A DNA stretch of 64,000 nucleotides from Takakia lepidozioides (lineage: Eukaryota > Plantae > Bryophyta), in the NCBI GenBank assembly GCA_030704615.1, contig CM060732.1:61938001-62002000 (forward strand), in the 5' to 3' direction. The stretch's first letter is position 1; each line of letters begins with the position of its first letter. The notes under the pieces were generated by a model that saw nothing but the letters and a program-made list of their open reading frames with translations, did not search any database and was not told the origin of the DNA. Position numbers and translations under genes: made by a program. Shown here piece by piece: positions 13,306 to 23,811 of this stretch.

Positions 13306-14433
13306 CCCTTCAAGGACGAGGCGACCCGTATCGGGTCGGGTCGAAATTTCGATTGGATGATAAATGCGCAGATCATGTCGGATGAAAACGATTCCTGAAC
13401 GAAAAGTGTAGCCCATAAATATTTACGGCCCCCTGTGTTGATCGCACCCTAAAAAATCTAATCCCCCGCCGTCAGGATTTTTTGGAATCTGGAGGGGTAC
13501 CCGAAATCCTGTGGTTTTGGGCCCGTCAGCAGGTTGACTGGCAGACGTGGCAGGCAGGATTGGGGAGGGTGGGCGTTTGCCGGCAGCGGGTGACAGCGGG
13601 GGGCTGCATGTCCGCCCGTGCGGACAGCGGCGGACCCCCGGCACGCGCGAAACGCCTGGCACGTGGCCCAATCAGGTGGCAGGTGGCGGGGGCGGGAGAT
13701 TCTCACCCGCGTAAGGGTTTAGGTGCGTGGCCCAATCAGGTGGCCGTTGGCAGGTCATGGAGGGAGAGCGCTGAAACGCAGGGTGGAGGGCCCCGTGACT
13801 TCCTTGGTTTGTGATGACGTGGCCGGATTTTTGGCCGGAAATATCCACCGGCTCCGGCAATTCTTTGCCGGAGCTGGGATTCAAGTAGGGATTCGGTTTT
13901 TTGGCAATCTTAGCCTACAAACAGCTTAGAATGTGGAATTTTTTTTCCAGGGTAACTCGGTAGGTAGGCAAACAACAACATGACCAGAGGAATTTGGATT
14001 CCCTCACAAATTGCCCCACATTTGGGGGTATGTGTTTTTCCCATGAGAGACATTGGCATTTTGACCCCCCTGTTTTTCCATACAAAGCAACCATTATGCA
14101 TTTTTGGAATTTGGCTCTGGAATTTTGGGAGGCTTTGCTGTGGGTGCCATATAATCTGAATCTGGGTAGGCTGTATCAATGAAAAATAAAAAAGGTTGGC
14201 AATCTGCTTGGTCAAACCAAATTTTCATGTTGAAAATATATCTAACAAAAAACAAAAAGCCTAGAACTTTTGTTATAATCTTCCACTTTAGACGGTCAAT
14301 TCTCCTGAAATTTTTACTTCAGGTGCATGAAGTAGGTAGGATGACTTTGGAACGGTTCATCCCCTCGGATGTTTGTCCAATGGGAGATACACCCTCATCC
14401 GTGAGGGTATGTCTGGTTTTAGACGGTGAAGGG
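13306..14433. mobile_element. Non-autonomous piggyBac-like element
   Basis: The ends read TTAA|CCCTTCA ... TGAAGGG|TTAA, with TTAA at 13302-13305 and 14434-14437. The interior is GC-rich and non-coding, within AT-rich flanks. Confidence 0.55.
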
Positions 14434-15664
14434 TTAATATAAATTTAATTACATTTAAACCTTAAATTATTTTATTTAAAACATAACTAATAAGGATAAT
14501 AATAAAACTGATTAGAACCGAGTTAAATATATGTAATATTAGGTTTTTTCTTACTTATGTACTTTTTATTGAAAGCTCAAACTAAAGTTTTGAGGTACCT
14601 CATAAAGTTACAGTTGCAGATATATTGATAAAGGGGAAAAATAAAATTTCAAAAGATGTTATGTATAAAAACATACACAGTGGGTAAAGAGTAAGCCCAG
14701 AAAAAACTGGTTGTAGCTGAGATTCAAATTCAAATAATTACTGATACAACTAAGGGCACCATAGGTACAGAACAAAAAAAGGTTTCTCAATGTATGTGTT
14801 GAAATATCTAAAACTTCTCTACTATGGCCTGTGAAGGTCCAGATTCCTCATATGTCTTTATTCCCCTCAATAGATGACACAGGTTAGGATGAGGCCCACT
14901 GTTACAGTTGGATAGACCTTTGAATAGTTAGTAAACTTGTCTTGGGCTTACCTTGGCTGGAAATATGGGTGACCAGACAGAAACTGCCATCTGCCTAACA
15001 TGCTTAGCATTAGGTTTTCTATTTAAACCTGGGGTTTGAGACTCTGGGGCGTGTGTTTTGGAGTGTTCAACTTTGTGTACGGTGGTGTGGATGAATGCAG
15101 CAGGAGTCCTGGTGATGTGGGTTGGCAGGCAGATTCATCCCTGTGGAGCATCCAAAGTCCTCTACAACAGCCTTGCATGCTTGGCTATACGCCCTAACAA
15201 TAGCTGTCACTGGAATCATTAGTTAGCAGGAAATTGGCTGGCCCCTAAGTTTTTTTTTTAAAAAAATAAAATAAAATTTCTTAAACAGGGGGATGGAAGC
15301 CCTGGTTAATTTATTAAAGGAAGTCTGGGGGAAAAAATAACCTCAGGAGGCAAGCTGTCCCGACCATGATGCCCATATTATCATCAAGGATTCCTGTATG
15401 TAACGTGTGTAGTTTGTACACATTTGTTGCTGCAGTTTTTGTAATGCAGTTTTTAGTGTTGTGCTTGTGAGTGGCTCTTGTTAACTTTGTACAGTCAACT
15501 CATTTGGGTCTTTTATAAATTTCCTGTATGATATGCACGGCTTAAGGCAGCGACGCTTTAGAGAAACAAGTCTATGTATGTAAGGAGAGGGCCCTTGAGA
15601 GGGCCGCCTCATTTCCTGTTGCAAGAGGAGGGGGGGAGGGCAAGAGATCGTGAAGGAGAGAAGA

Positions 15665-15804
15665 GTGGGGCGAAAGGCTCATACAAGTGGTAGAGAGACC
15701 TGAAAAATAGGAAAGCTACCTACCTCAAGAGATGGAATGGATTACTCAAGAAAGCCATGCAATTGTCAGGACTCGGCGATGTGGATTAAGCGGTCATCCT
15801 CTTG
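15665..15804 (+). pseudogene. MADS-box pseudogene
   Basis: 15706-15804 reads NRKATYLKRWNGLLKKAMQLSGLGDVD*AVILL, against the MADS consensus [32 protein letters not shown]. There is an in-frame TAA at 15787 and a frameshifted start (GTG GGG CGA at 15665). Confidence 0.85.
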
Positions 15805-15889
15805 ACCTGCAATACCTCTCGACCGCCTAATCAACATTGACCATACTGCTATGCATCCGTTTTTCTGCGTCTCTTCTTCTGGGTCTGAG

Positions 15890-16110
15890 AATGGTCGCGT
15901 TGCTCGCCATTTCTGCCTTTGTACCGTCACTTTAATTTGTCCGGATTGTACTGAGCAGCTAGCAGCATTTTGGGGTAAACTAGTTATCCAGGAGGTCTTC
16001 CCAATTCAATGTCATATTCTAGATACTGTATCTCTCTCTTGTGATTTGGTACTCTGCATCCATCTGCAGAAGCTGTGTTCATTACTTGGTGTTATTAGTT
16101 GATTGAATGC
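15890..16110 (+). repeat. ~220-bp direct repeat, copy 1 (copy 2 at about 20675-20900)
   Basis: Both copies share agcagcattttggggtaaact(a/g)gttatccagga.gtcttccca...ggtactctgcat.catctgcag..gctgtgt. Confidence 0.85.
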
Positions 16111-18638
16111 TGTACAGGGAAACGAACCATAATTACTGTGATCTGTCGCGAGTCGCAGAATTACTATTACTTTCTTTTTGCCCATGTTCAAAGGATAGCT
16201 TGAGTGCCAAAGCCTGCACTGGCAAAGCTCGTCTAGCTACAAGGAATGTATGTGATAACAGAACGCATCAATCCGATCCAAACTATGTCACACAGTATTG
16301 TGGATTGAATTCCTATCTGGGAAATGTACTCTATCACAAGAACAACATTATCATGTATTGCAGAGTATTATTGACTTGTGTTGCATCGACCAGAGACTCG
16401 AGATTGGATGGATGAGTGGGAGGAAACGGCTTAACGAACGTTGGCGTGGTCACCCACAAGAAGAAGCCAGCCCGAATTTGCGACAATCCTCTAACATATT
16501 CATCAGATACAACACTGTGGTCGTCTTGCGGGAAGAGGGTCCAAGTTTTAGGGGCCACAGGCAGCTGGACTGTCGGAAGACGGTCGGAAGGCAGCCTGAG
16601 CCTTAAGTGGGTCAAGCCAAAGGAATCACCAATTTTGACTTCCGTTATGAGAGAACTTTCCGTGCCCGCAACATCTGGAGCCTTAAGTTTACACTCCTCT
16701 GCTTCTACACTCATAGAAAACAAACAGAAAAATTCAACATGAATGGGGGGGAGGAGGAGCGATCTCAAAATCCACTACTTTGCTGTTGCGGTTCAATCCT
16801 TCTCTGAGAACTCGCACTAACACTGTAGTAGGCAGTTTTCCCTAATCACGCGTCTGACCTGTGATATGATTCAGAGAAAACGAACCTTGCCCCCAAAAAC
16901 ATGAAGTCGGGTCATTTACAATCATCGTATCCTTACTCGCATGCCTAGTCTCACGACGTGCTGTTGAATCTGAGTCAGTAGTCACGCGCTTCTCACCGCC
17001 TCACAACCAGACAACCCCTGCGTTAGTAGCAGCAAATCCCGGACAAGGCCAATCTAGCAGCCATAAGAAGAGCTCGTCAGGGATCAATGGCTGACATTAC
17101 AGTAGGCGCTTGACGTGCCAGGCTTCATGGTCTCCTGTAATTGTCCTTTGTCCTTTCCTTCAGAAAAGAAAAACCAGCAGCCTGCAGGCCGAGCCTTTGA
17201 GACTCAATACATATCAGCAATCCATGTGAGCACGGTTATGGGGGTAATATAACGGAAAAAAAAGTCATAAGCGGACATAGGGTTCGGCTGCATCAGAGGA
17301 AACCCTATATACTATATACCATACATTACCGACCATAAAAGGAAAGGTATCTGAGCGACTGCCAAGTGGCGGAAAGATATTTTCTGTTTCTGTCGTATTC
17401 ACTGAGCAACAACTGTATGCCACGTCTCGGTCTCCTGTTTGTGAGCTGTTCATCCAACTTTCATCCAACGCCGCAGAGTGACCACGTAGGCAGCGACGCT
17501 GCGGTTACCGCGCACGCGTACGTGGTCGCATGGGGGTCGCACTCACAGTGACTTGTTCCCATGTTCTCATAACTATACGTATATGTACGATTTGTACATA
17601 TATGTACACATGTGTGTAGATACGTATACGTACAGGCTATGGTGGGAGGACAGGAACAGCACACAGGACTGGACGATTGTCAAGGAGAGAGAGAGAGAGA
17701 GAGAAGGGCAGACAGCATTTGGCATGCTTAGGGCGGCAGGAGATTTTTCTGCTTGGTTCTACATTTTTTGTGTGATCTGGGCTGCGTTGATAATGCATTT
17801 GTGGAGGTGTCTGATGGTGTTGGGATCAGAGAAGCGACGGCATTCTTGATGGTGTATTTGGATTTGTGGATCCTTTCGATTTACTTCAGATCAGCTGACA
17901 GGAGGACGGAAACTCTGAGAAGCATACTTTTGCAACCGGATCAAGGTCCCTCCCGATGGTGGTAGACATGTAGCGCAGTTTAGAGTATGCAACAAGTTGA
18001 GGACATTATCTTCAACCTCGCTGGTATACTGCCTTGACCCACCTTTTCTCTCACCCCACACTATCTGTTTCTCTTTTCTCCTTTTTATTCACCCGAGCAT
18101 GCATTTTGGCGGGAGGCCCTCTCCATGGATCTGGCATTTGGGAACGTACTTACTGGGATTGTGATTTCATTTAGGACGTCAGAGGCAGCTGCCATTCCTC
18201 CACTTTCCCCACATGACGGTTTTGGTTCAACCCCAAATCAGGGAAGTTGTAACATGAACTCAAACCTCCAAACAACTACAATGGGTGATACAGCCCAAGT
18301 TGCTTGACTCAGCTTCGTCTTTCCTTTCAGGTTGAATCAAGACTAATGTTCGCAGAAGGGAAGAATTTCCTTGTAGCGATGCAGTGGGCGAAGAAAAAGG
18401 TTGAGGGAGAAGGCAGAATTATCAGCAGACTTCAATCCGCTGTGAAGAGCGAAAGTGGAGGGATCGATTTGCATTTGTAGTCCTCGCTCTTTGGATAAGT
18501 CCAGATCTCTTCATCGTTATGCCTGTTGCTCCTTGTCCTCTGGTCTCCTAAAGATTGGAGCACGTTAACAGTGGTATCACTGAGATAGGTTTCTTCTATC
18601 TGTCCATGTAGCTTAGTTCGTTGCCAGGATTGTTCTCT

Positions 18639-20762
18639 ATGCAGCCTTTTCCAATGGCTTCAGAAGGTTCCTGCTTCACAAGCCGCATGATGGATGCGCT
18701 CTTCTACTCAATGGCAGTGTATGAGCCAACGCTGGAAGCTGTCCTTACTGATCTTCACAGCAGATTTGGCAATGTTAGCCCATTGATGGAGTATGGCTTT
18801 GACAAAGATGGAAAACAAGCTATCTTTGCTGCAAGAAGTTCCGAAGGCCACATAATTGTTGCCTGCAGAGGAACTGTAGGTGTGAAGGACGTTTTGCAAG
18901 ATCTCAAGTACTTCCACACGCGGCTTGCTTATGCCAGGGGAGCTGCACACTGGGGGTTTGCAGAGAGAGCCCAAAGTGTCCCAATTGATCTCTTTTGTAA
19001 GCTGTTGAGCGCCGGAGAGCAGATCGTCTTCACAGGACACTCTCTGGGCGGGGCTGTGGCCTCTCTTCTGAGTCTCAGGGTACTGGAACAGAGCAAAGGG
19101 ATGTATCAACAACAAGTGCAGTGCATTACATTTGGATCACCCCTCTTTGCTAGCCAGAGTCTGGCTGAGGTCATCAACGCTAGCTACAAGGATGTGTTCA
19201 TTCATGTAGTTTCAAAGAGAGACTGCGTCCCCAAGATTTTACCAGTTGTCTCTGCCATCCAGCGATTGCTGTACGCCAGTGAGGATCACCTCAAGGGTCT
19301 TTCGGTGTTAACAAAGTGGCTAGAGTGCATAAAATGGCTGCCTGTAGCACCCCTTATAAGAGGGATTGAAAGAAGAATCCCCTCTCCGCTTAAGTTTCTG
19401 CTGCGGTGCTTGATGAAGCTGGCTTTGCCTTCACATGTGACAGGGTCTTATGCATTTGCAGGGCATGTTCTGATGCTGGACTCAGATGCCACAATTGAGA
19501 GCTCCCTGAAACTGACTAGTGCAGACGACCTAAATCTGTGGCATTCGCAGCTTAGTTTTGCTCTGGGCACAGGATTTGATGCTTCCATGATTCAAGAGCA
19601 TGCGATGGCCAGCTACCATGATGGCATTGTGCGTGCATTTTCTCATGTGTTTCTAAACCACAAGGTTAGCTCAAGTGGCCTCTGCGTGGAGGCTAGCTCC
19701 TTGCTTTTGGAAGAGAAGCGTGAATGCTACTCAGGTTTGTCTTGTAAGAGTCATGCTGTTGGAAACCAAGACATACAATGGAGGAGCTGGGAGGACGGCT
19801 CTAGGGAGAGCCTCGTGGAACATAAAAAGAGCATTCTCATTCGGATGACTACGAAGGAAGGAGATTGGAAGGAAGTTCGGTTTGTCGGTTGTGAAGTATG
19901 TGGGGTGGGCCAACAGTTGGTTGCGAAGGAAGTTTCTGCAACAACCTCCCTTCAGGATATTGACGTATGGCAGAAAGATCAGGATGAGGGAAAGGAACTA
20001 CTTAATCTTTTCAAGTTTGTGCAACAATCTGGCTCAGGGATAACTCGTGGAGATGGGATCGACTCCAGAAGTGTTCACTTCAATGAAATATTTCAATTCA
20101 AATTTTGCAGCTTCATTTTTTCCTCTGGAAGCAGTCTAGAATTGCACGATTCAATGGAGGATATTAGCTCTGCATCAAGTGCAGAGATCGACAGGAGTGG
20201 GAAATGGATATCAAAGAGCAGGAGAAGTCTTGACAGTGGTTTGGTTTGTTGCAGTGATGAAGACAATGAAGTTTCCTCTGTAGGATATGCAACTGTGACA
20301 CTGTCTTCAATGACAAATGTTGGATGTTGTGCAGCTAGTCAGAGCCTTATTTGTGCTTCTTCCATAAAGACAGCCACAGATTGCACATGTTTTCACTGGG
20401 ACTCTACATACACGAAGCGATTGCCTGGCAAGAAACATGGAAGTGATGCTATATTGTTGAGATCCATGACTTTCACTGGAGATTTTGGTTGGCCTGCCTG
20501 TCCAAGGATGGAGGGCAAGCATCTCTTGAGATGTCAAACTAAAGTAAGCAACTGCCGGGCTTGCCCTTCCCTTGAAGTTTGCAAACATTTCAATGGAAGG
20601 AAGGCTGCAGGGAAAGCTCCATCCAAGGAGGCTCGACGATCACAATTTAAATTTGGGTTGTTCGTTGGAACAATTGGTCGAGTTGCTGGCCATTTATGTG
20701 CCCTTGACAACATTTGTCTCTTCACTTTCATTCGCATTGTATTGAGCAGCATTTTGGGGTAA
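18639..20762 (+). CDS. Class-3 (Lipase_3) alpha/beta-hydrolase in a single long ORF; start codon uncertain (ATG 18639 or 18654)
   Basis: The 713-codon ORF contains VACRGT, AHWGFAERA, the nucleophile motif FTGHSLGG, CITFGSP, DCVPK and EHAM. The C-terminal half is not recognisable. Confidence 0.85.
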   Translation: MQPFPMASEGSCFTSRMMDALFYSMAVYEPTLEAVLTDLHSRFGNVSPLMEYGFDKDGKQAIFAARSSEGHIIVACRGTVGVKDVLQDLKYFHTRLAYARGAAHWGFAERAQSVPIDLFCKLLSAGEQIVFTGHSLGGAVASLLSLRVLEQSKGMYQQQVQCITFGSPLFASQSLAEVINASYKDVFIHVVSKRDCVPKILPVVSAIQRLLYASEDHLKGLSVLTKWLECIKWLPVAPLIRGIERRIPSPLKFLLRCLMKLALPSHVTGSYAFAGHVLMLDSDATIESSLKLTSADDLNLWHSQLSFALGTGFDASMIQEHAMASYHDGIVRAFSHVFLNHKVSSSGLCVEASSLLLEEKRECYSGLSCKSHAVGNQDIQWRSWEDGSRESLVEHKKSILIRMTTKEGDWKEVRFVGCEVCGVGQQLVAKEVSATTSLQDIDVWQKDQDEGKELLNLFKFVQQSGSGITRGDGIDSRSVHFNEIFQFKFCSFIFSSGSSLELHDSMEDISSASSAEIDRSGKWISKSRRSLDSGLVCCSDEDNEVSSVGYATVTLSSMTNVGCCAASQSLICASSIKTATDCTCFHWDSTYTKRLPGKKHGSDAILLRSMTFTGDFGWPACPRMEGKHLLRCQTKVSNCRACPSLEVCKHFNGRKAAGKAPSKEARRSQFKFGLFVGTIGRVAGHLCALDNICLFTFIRIVLSSILG

Positions 20763-20900
20763 ACTGGTTATCCAGGAAGTCTTCCCAGGGCACAACATTC
20801 AATGTCATAGACTCTAGTATTGTATCTCTCTCATGTTTTGGTACTCTGCATGCATCTGCAGAGCTGTGTCATTTCTTGGTGTTAGTATGTTGCAGATGAA
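20675..20900 (+). repeat. ~220-bp direct repeat, copy 2, overlapping the end of the lipase ORF
   Basis: Homologous to 15890-16110. Confidence 0.85.
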
Positions 20901-22177
20901 ATGCATGTCACACCAGGTGATTATTTGAATCCCATATGCCACACTCTTCCAGGTGCCCTGGTAATAAAGATACAGGCTAGTGCACAGTGGAAGTACTTGG
21001 CGACTGGCGTTAGAACCTGGCTGCTGCAGAACGTACTGCCAGCAGGACATATATCTAAACCAAGAGTTGGTTGCAAATGAAGAAAGAGCAAACCCAAGTT
21101 GGAAGAAACAAACTCTAGATTGTTACTCCGCACCTGGAAGCATTTTCTGGCTAGAAAAAGGGGCCCACACATCGTCTGGGTTGAAATCCCTCATTGCAAA
21201 GCCAGACTTCCCACTCGGAGATTTGCGAAAACTCACAGACATTTTTCTTTGCTTTGATGATTGCTGGAAAAAGATGGAGGACTCGTTGCTTGCCAATTGA
21301 TGTTGCTAACGATGTGTATATCTTCCCTGCAATTATAACGTCCGTAGCAGTGCAGCAGGAACGTTACAACGGCTGCTGCAGAGACGGTGATGAGCGAGCG
21401 GTGGCAGAGCTGGAGCGTCAGCGACAAATTGGGCTGGAGCTAACCATGTGCAGGGCCCACACATGCGTGTGACCGTTGCGCCTTGTGGCAGGACGTTGGT
21501 GGCTGCGCCACAGCTTCCTCATTGAAACCAAACATTACCTAGCTATCCGTGGTTTCGAGAAGAGAAAGAAGAGCTTGAAACGAAGCACATTACGTAGCCT
21601 TGATTACACTGTTACCACAGTTAGTCTTAATTCCCTTGATGTTTCATTTATCCTGGGAGCATCGAATGCTTTCGGCGGTCTAGAAACATTCTGATTAAGG
21701 ATTTGTGCAAGATAGACAAACAACAAGCTCAATGATCTGCAAGGTAGGAATTAGGCCGAAGCCTGAGAACCTGCAATGAGGTACTGCACAACCTCCCGGC
21801 TAAGCACACTAACAGCCTCCTAACAGCTGCAGTGACTATACTGGCTGTCTCTATGCAGAGTTCGTCCTTCGGATAGATTGATGGTGATTTCTACCTCGTT
21901 AATGAGTCTCGTAATGAGTGCTTCGGAAGGATAGATCGAGGCCGACTCAGTGTGTATAATCCTCTATTGTAAACTTTCAGTTAGAGTGAATCCTCATAAG
22001 TAAGGTTGTAGTGTTGTAACAGTTATTTACAAATGGCAGCTCTGCACCCACCTTGATGTAAGCTTAGAACTGCTGGATAGCCCAATGTCTGTCATAGAGT
22101 ATATATATATATGCTAGACTCGTGCACAAGATCCAGTATGGCAGTAGGTCACGGGCTTGAAACTTCTCATCAAGAAA

Positions 22178-22307
22178 GCCATGGAATTGTCGGTTTCTTT
22201 CCCTAGTTGATTTCGGCAGTCACCATGAACAATTCGCCTTGCAAACTGTGTACATAGCACTTGACCCTGGAAATCAACCTGGGGAAGAAAACTGGCAACT
22301 CCATGGC
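22178..22307. ncRNA. Candidate MIRNA or hairpin RNA derived from MADS-box sequence
   Basis: Arm 22178-22222 pairs with arm 22262-22307 over about 45 bp, with G:U pairs, about 5 mismatches and one bulge. The 5' arm region encodes LIKKAMELSV. Confidence 0.55.
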
Positions 22308-22319
22308 GAGCGCCTTTCC

Positions 22320-22444
22320 CTCACGTCTTTCGCCATCTTCCCTCGCTTCTCCCTCACCATCTCTTGCCCTCTCCCCCTACTTTTGCTCGTCTATCTCACG
22401 TCTCTCTCTCGCAACAGGAAACGAGGCGGCGCTCTCCCACAAGG
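22320..22444 (-). repeat. Inverted copy of the MADS pseudogene 5' flank (15593-15680)
   Basis: The reverse complement ccttg..gagagcgccgcctcgtttcctgttgc...gagggcaagagatggtgagggag..atggcgaaag matches 15593-15677. Confidence 0.8.
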
Positions 22445-22878
22445 TTATGGCTAAAAAGGGAATGTATCAATTGTTCCCTGTTGAAGACATGGCTATAAAT
22501 GGGAAAAATATTTTCCGTTTTTTCTTTGTTTTTCTTTTTGGGAACAGGAGACCCCTTTTATTTTTATTTTTTTACCCCTATTCAACGTTGGGAAAACTAT
22601 AAAAACGAACGAGGGATTTTTATTACAAAGGGAACTTGTCAATTTTTTTACATGTCCCCGTGTCTTCTGGGACGGGGACATCTGAAGTGGACAATGGATG
22701 ATCGGTCCCTGTCAGCACATGACCTACATTTTACATTTTTTTTATCACTATATTTCACATATATAAAACTCAAGTTATGATTGGCATTCTCCAAAAAAAA
22801 GAGATATATATAGCACAAAATATCTGGCCATCACTATTGTGGGTCTGGAAGCAAGAGATTATCACATAGACTATTCAA

Positions 22879-23064
22879 CCGTGTAGCCCAGTGGTAATGG
22901 GCACATACCACCTTGGAAGTGGTTGTGGGTTCAATCCACTGATTGGTGTCACAAAGGTGTCCAGTGTCCACCTTCCAGCCGGAAGACAGTAGCCCTCGGG
23001 GCCAGAGATACCTTGTAACTTACGCTTCCTTGGGGAGGCGTCATATATATTATTATTATTATAT
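22879..23064 (+). mobile_element. tRNA-derived SINE
   Basis: A-box TAGCCCAGTGG at 22884, B-box GGTTCAATCC at 22928, about 185 bp long, ending in a (TA)/(TTA)n tail. Confidence 0.65.
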
Positions 23065-23811
23065 GGTCAAGTTAAGAAGGTAAACTCTTTTAATTATTAT
23101 ATTGTTTTAAACAAAAAGGAAAACGCAAGCATAACTTACGGTGTCACTTCACCGGTGAGGCTACTCCGTTCAACCAGAGTTGGAGGCGCAAGGGCAGGGA
23201 GCACAAAAGGTGGTCGATCAGCTCACATTATGGAGGAGAAGTCGGCTGGGCCTCTCAGCTTCTTAACTACTCACTCAAGATACTCATGAGCGCGATTGTG
23301 AAGTTTTCAGAAAGTTGCAAGAGTGTTGTGCAGTTGTCTGAGAGTCCTTCTACAACACAGTACTGATCGCAGATTCGTTCCCGGTCAATTGCAACTGCAG
23401 CGGGTGCTTCGTGCGCAATTTCGATGTTAGTCTCTATTCTGTCTCTTTGGGAATTCAACGCCCTTCTCCACTCCTTGCTCCTCCATCTTCTTTGTCCTGG
23501 ATATTTTCTTCTTCCATCATTATAAGCTCTAGCTTCAGAATGTTGCTGCAAATTAAGTGCTTCGTGAATTGATCCAAAGACTCTCTGTCCCCCTTGCGGC
23601 CTGATGTCTCGACGGCCCCTTCTCTCTTGAGCTGGTCTAAGTCGCGTCAGTCCTCCTCTCCGGCTTTGAAAGACCTGTAGCTTGAGATTTTGCTGCTTAT
23701 ATCAGAGTGCAACATTTCAACTGATAGTGGTCACCTTATTGAAAATATTCCAGGGACTCCTCTGAAGATGTCGAAGGGACGCAGAGCCCACAACGTCAAC
23801 ACAGCGCCCAG

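Noticed and set aside
18639-20762. EDS1/PAD4 assignment for the lipase
   Set aside because: It shares GHSLGG, but no EP domain is recognisable, so it is left as generic Lipase_3.
15593-22444. Pack-MULE TIRs enclosing the lipase
   Set aside because: The inverted repeat is the MADS gene 5' flank running into MADS codons, and no TSD is evident.
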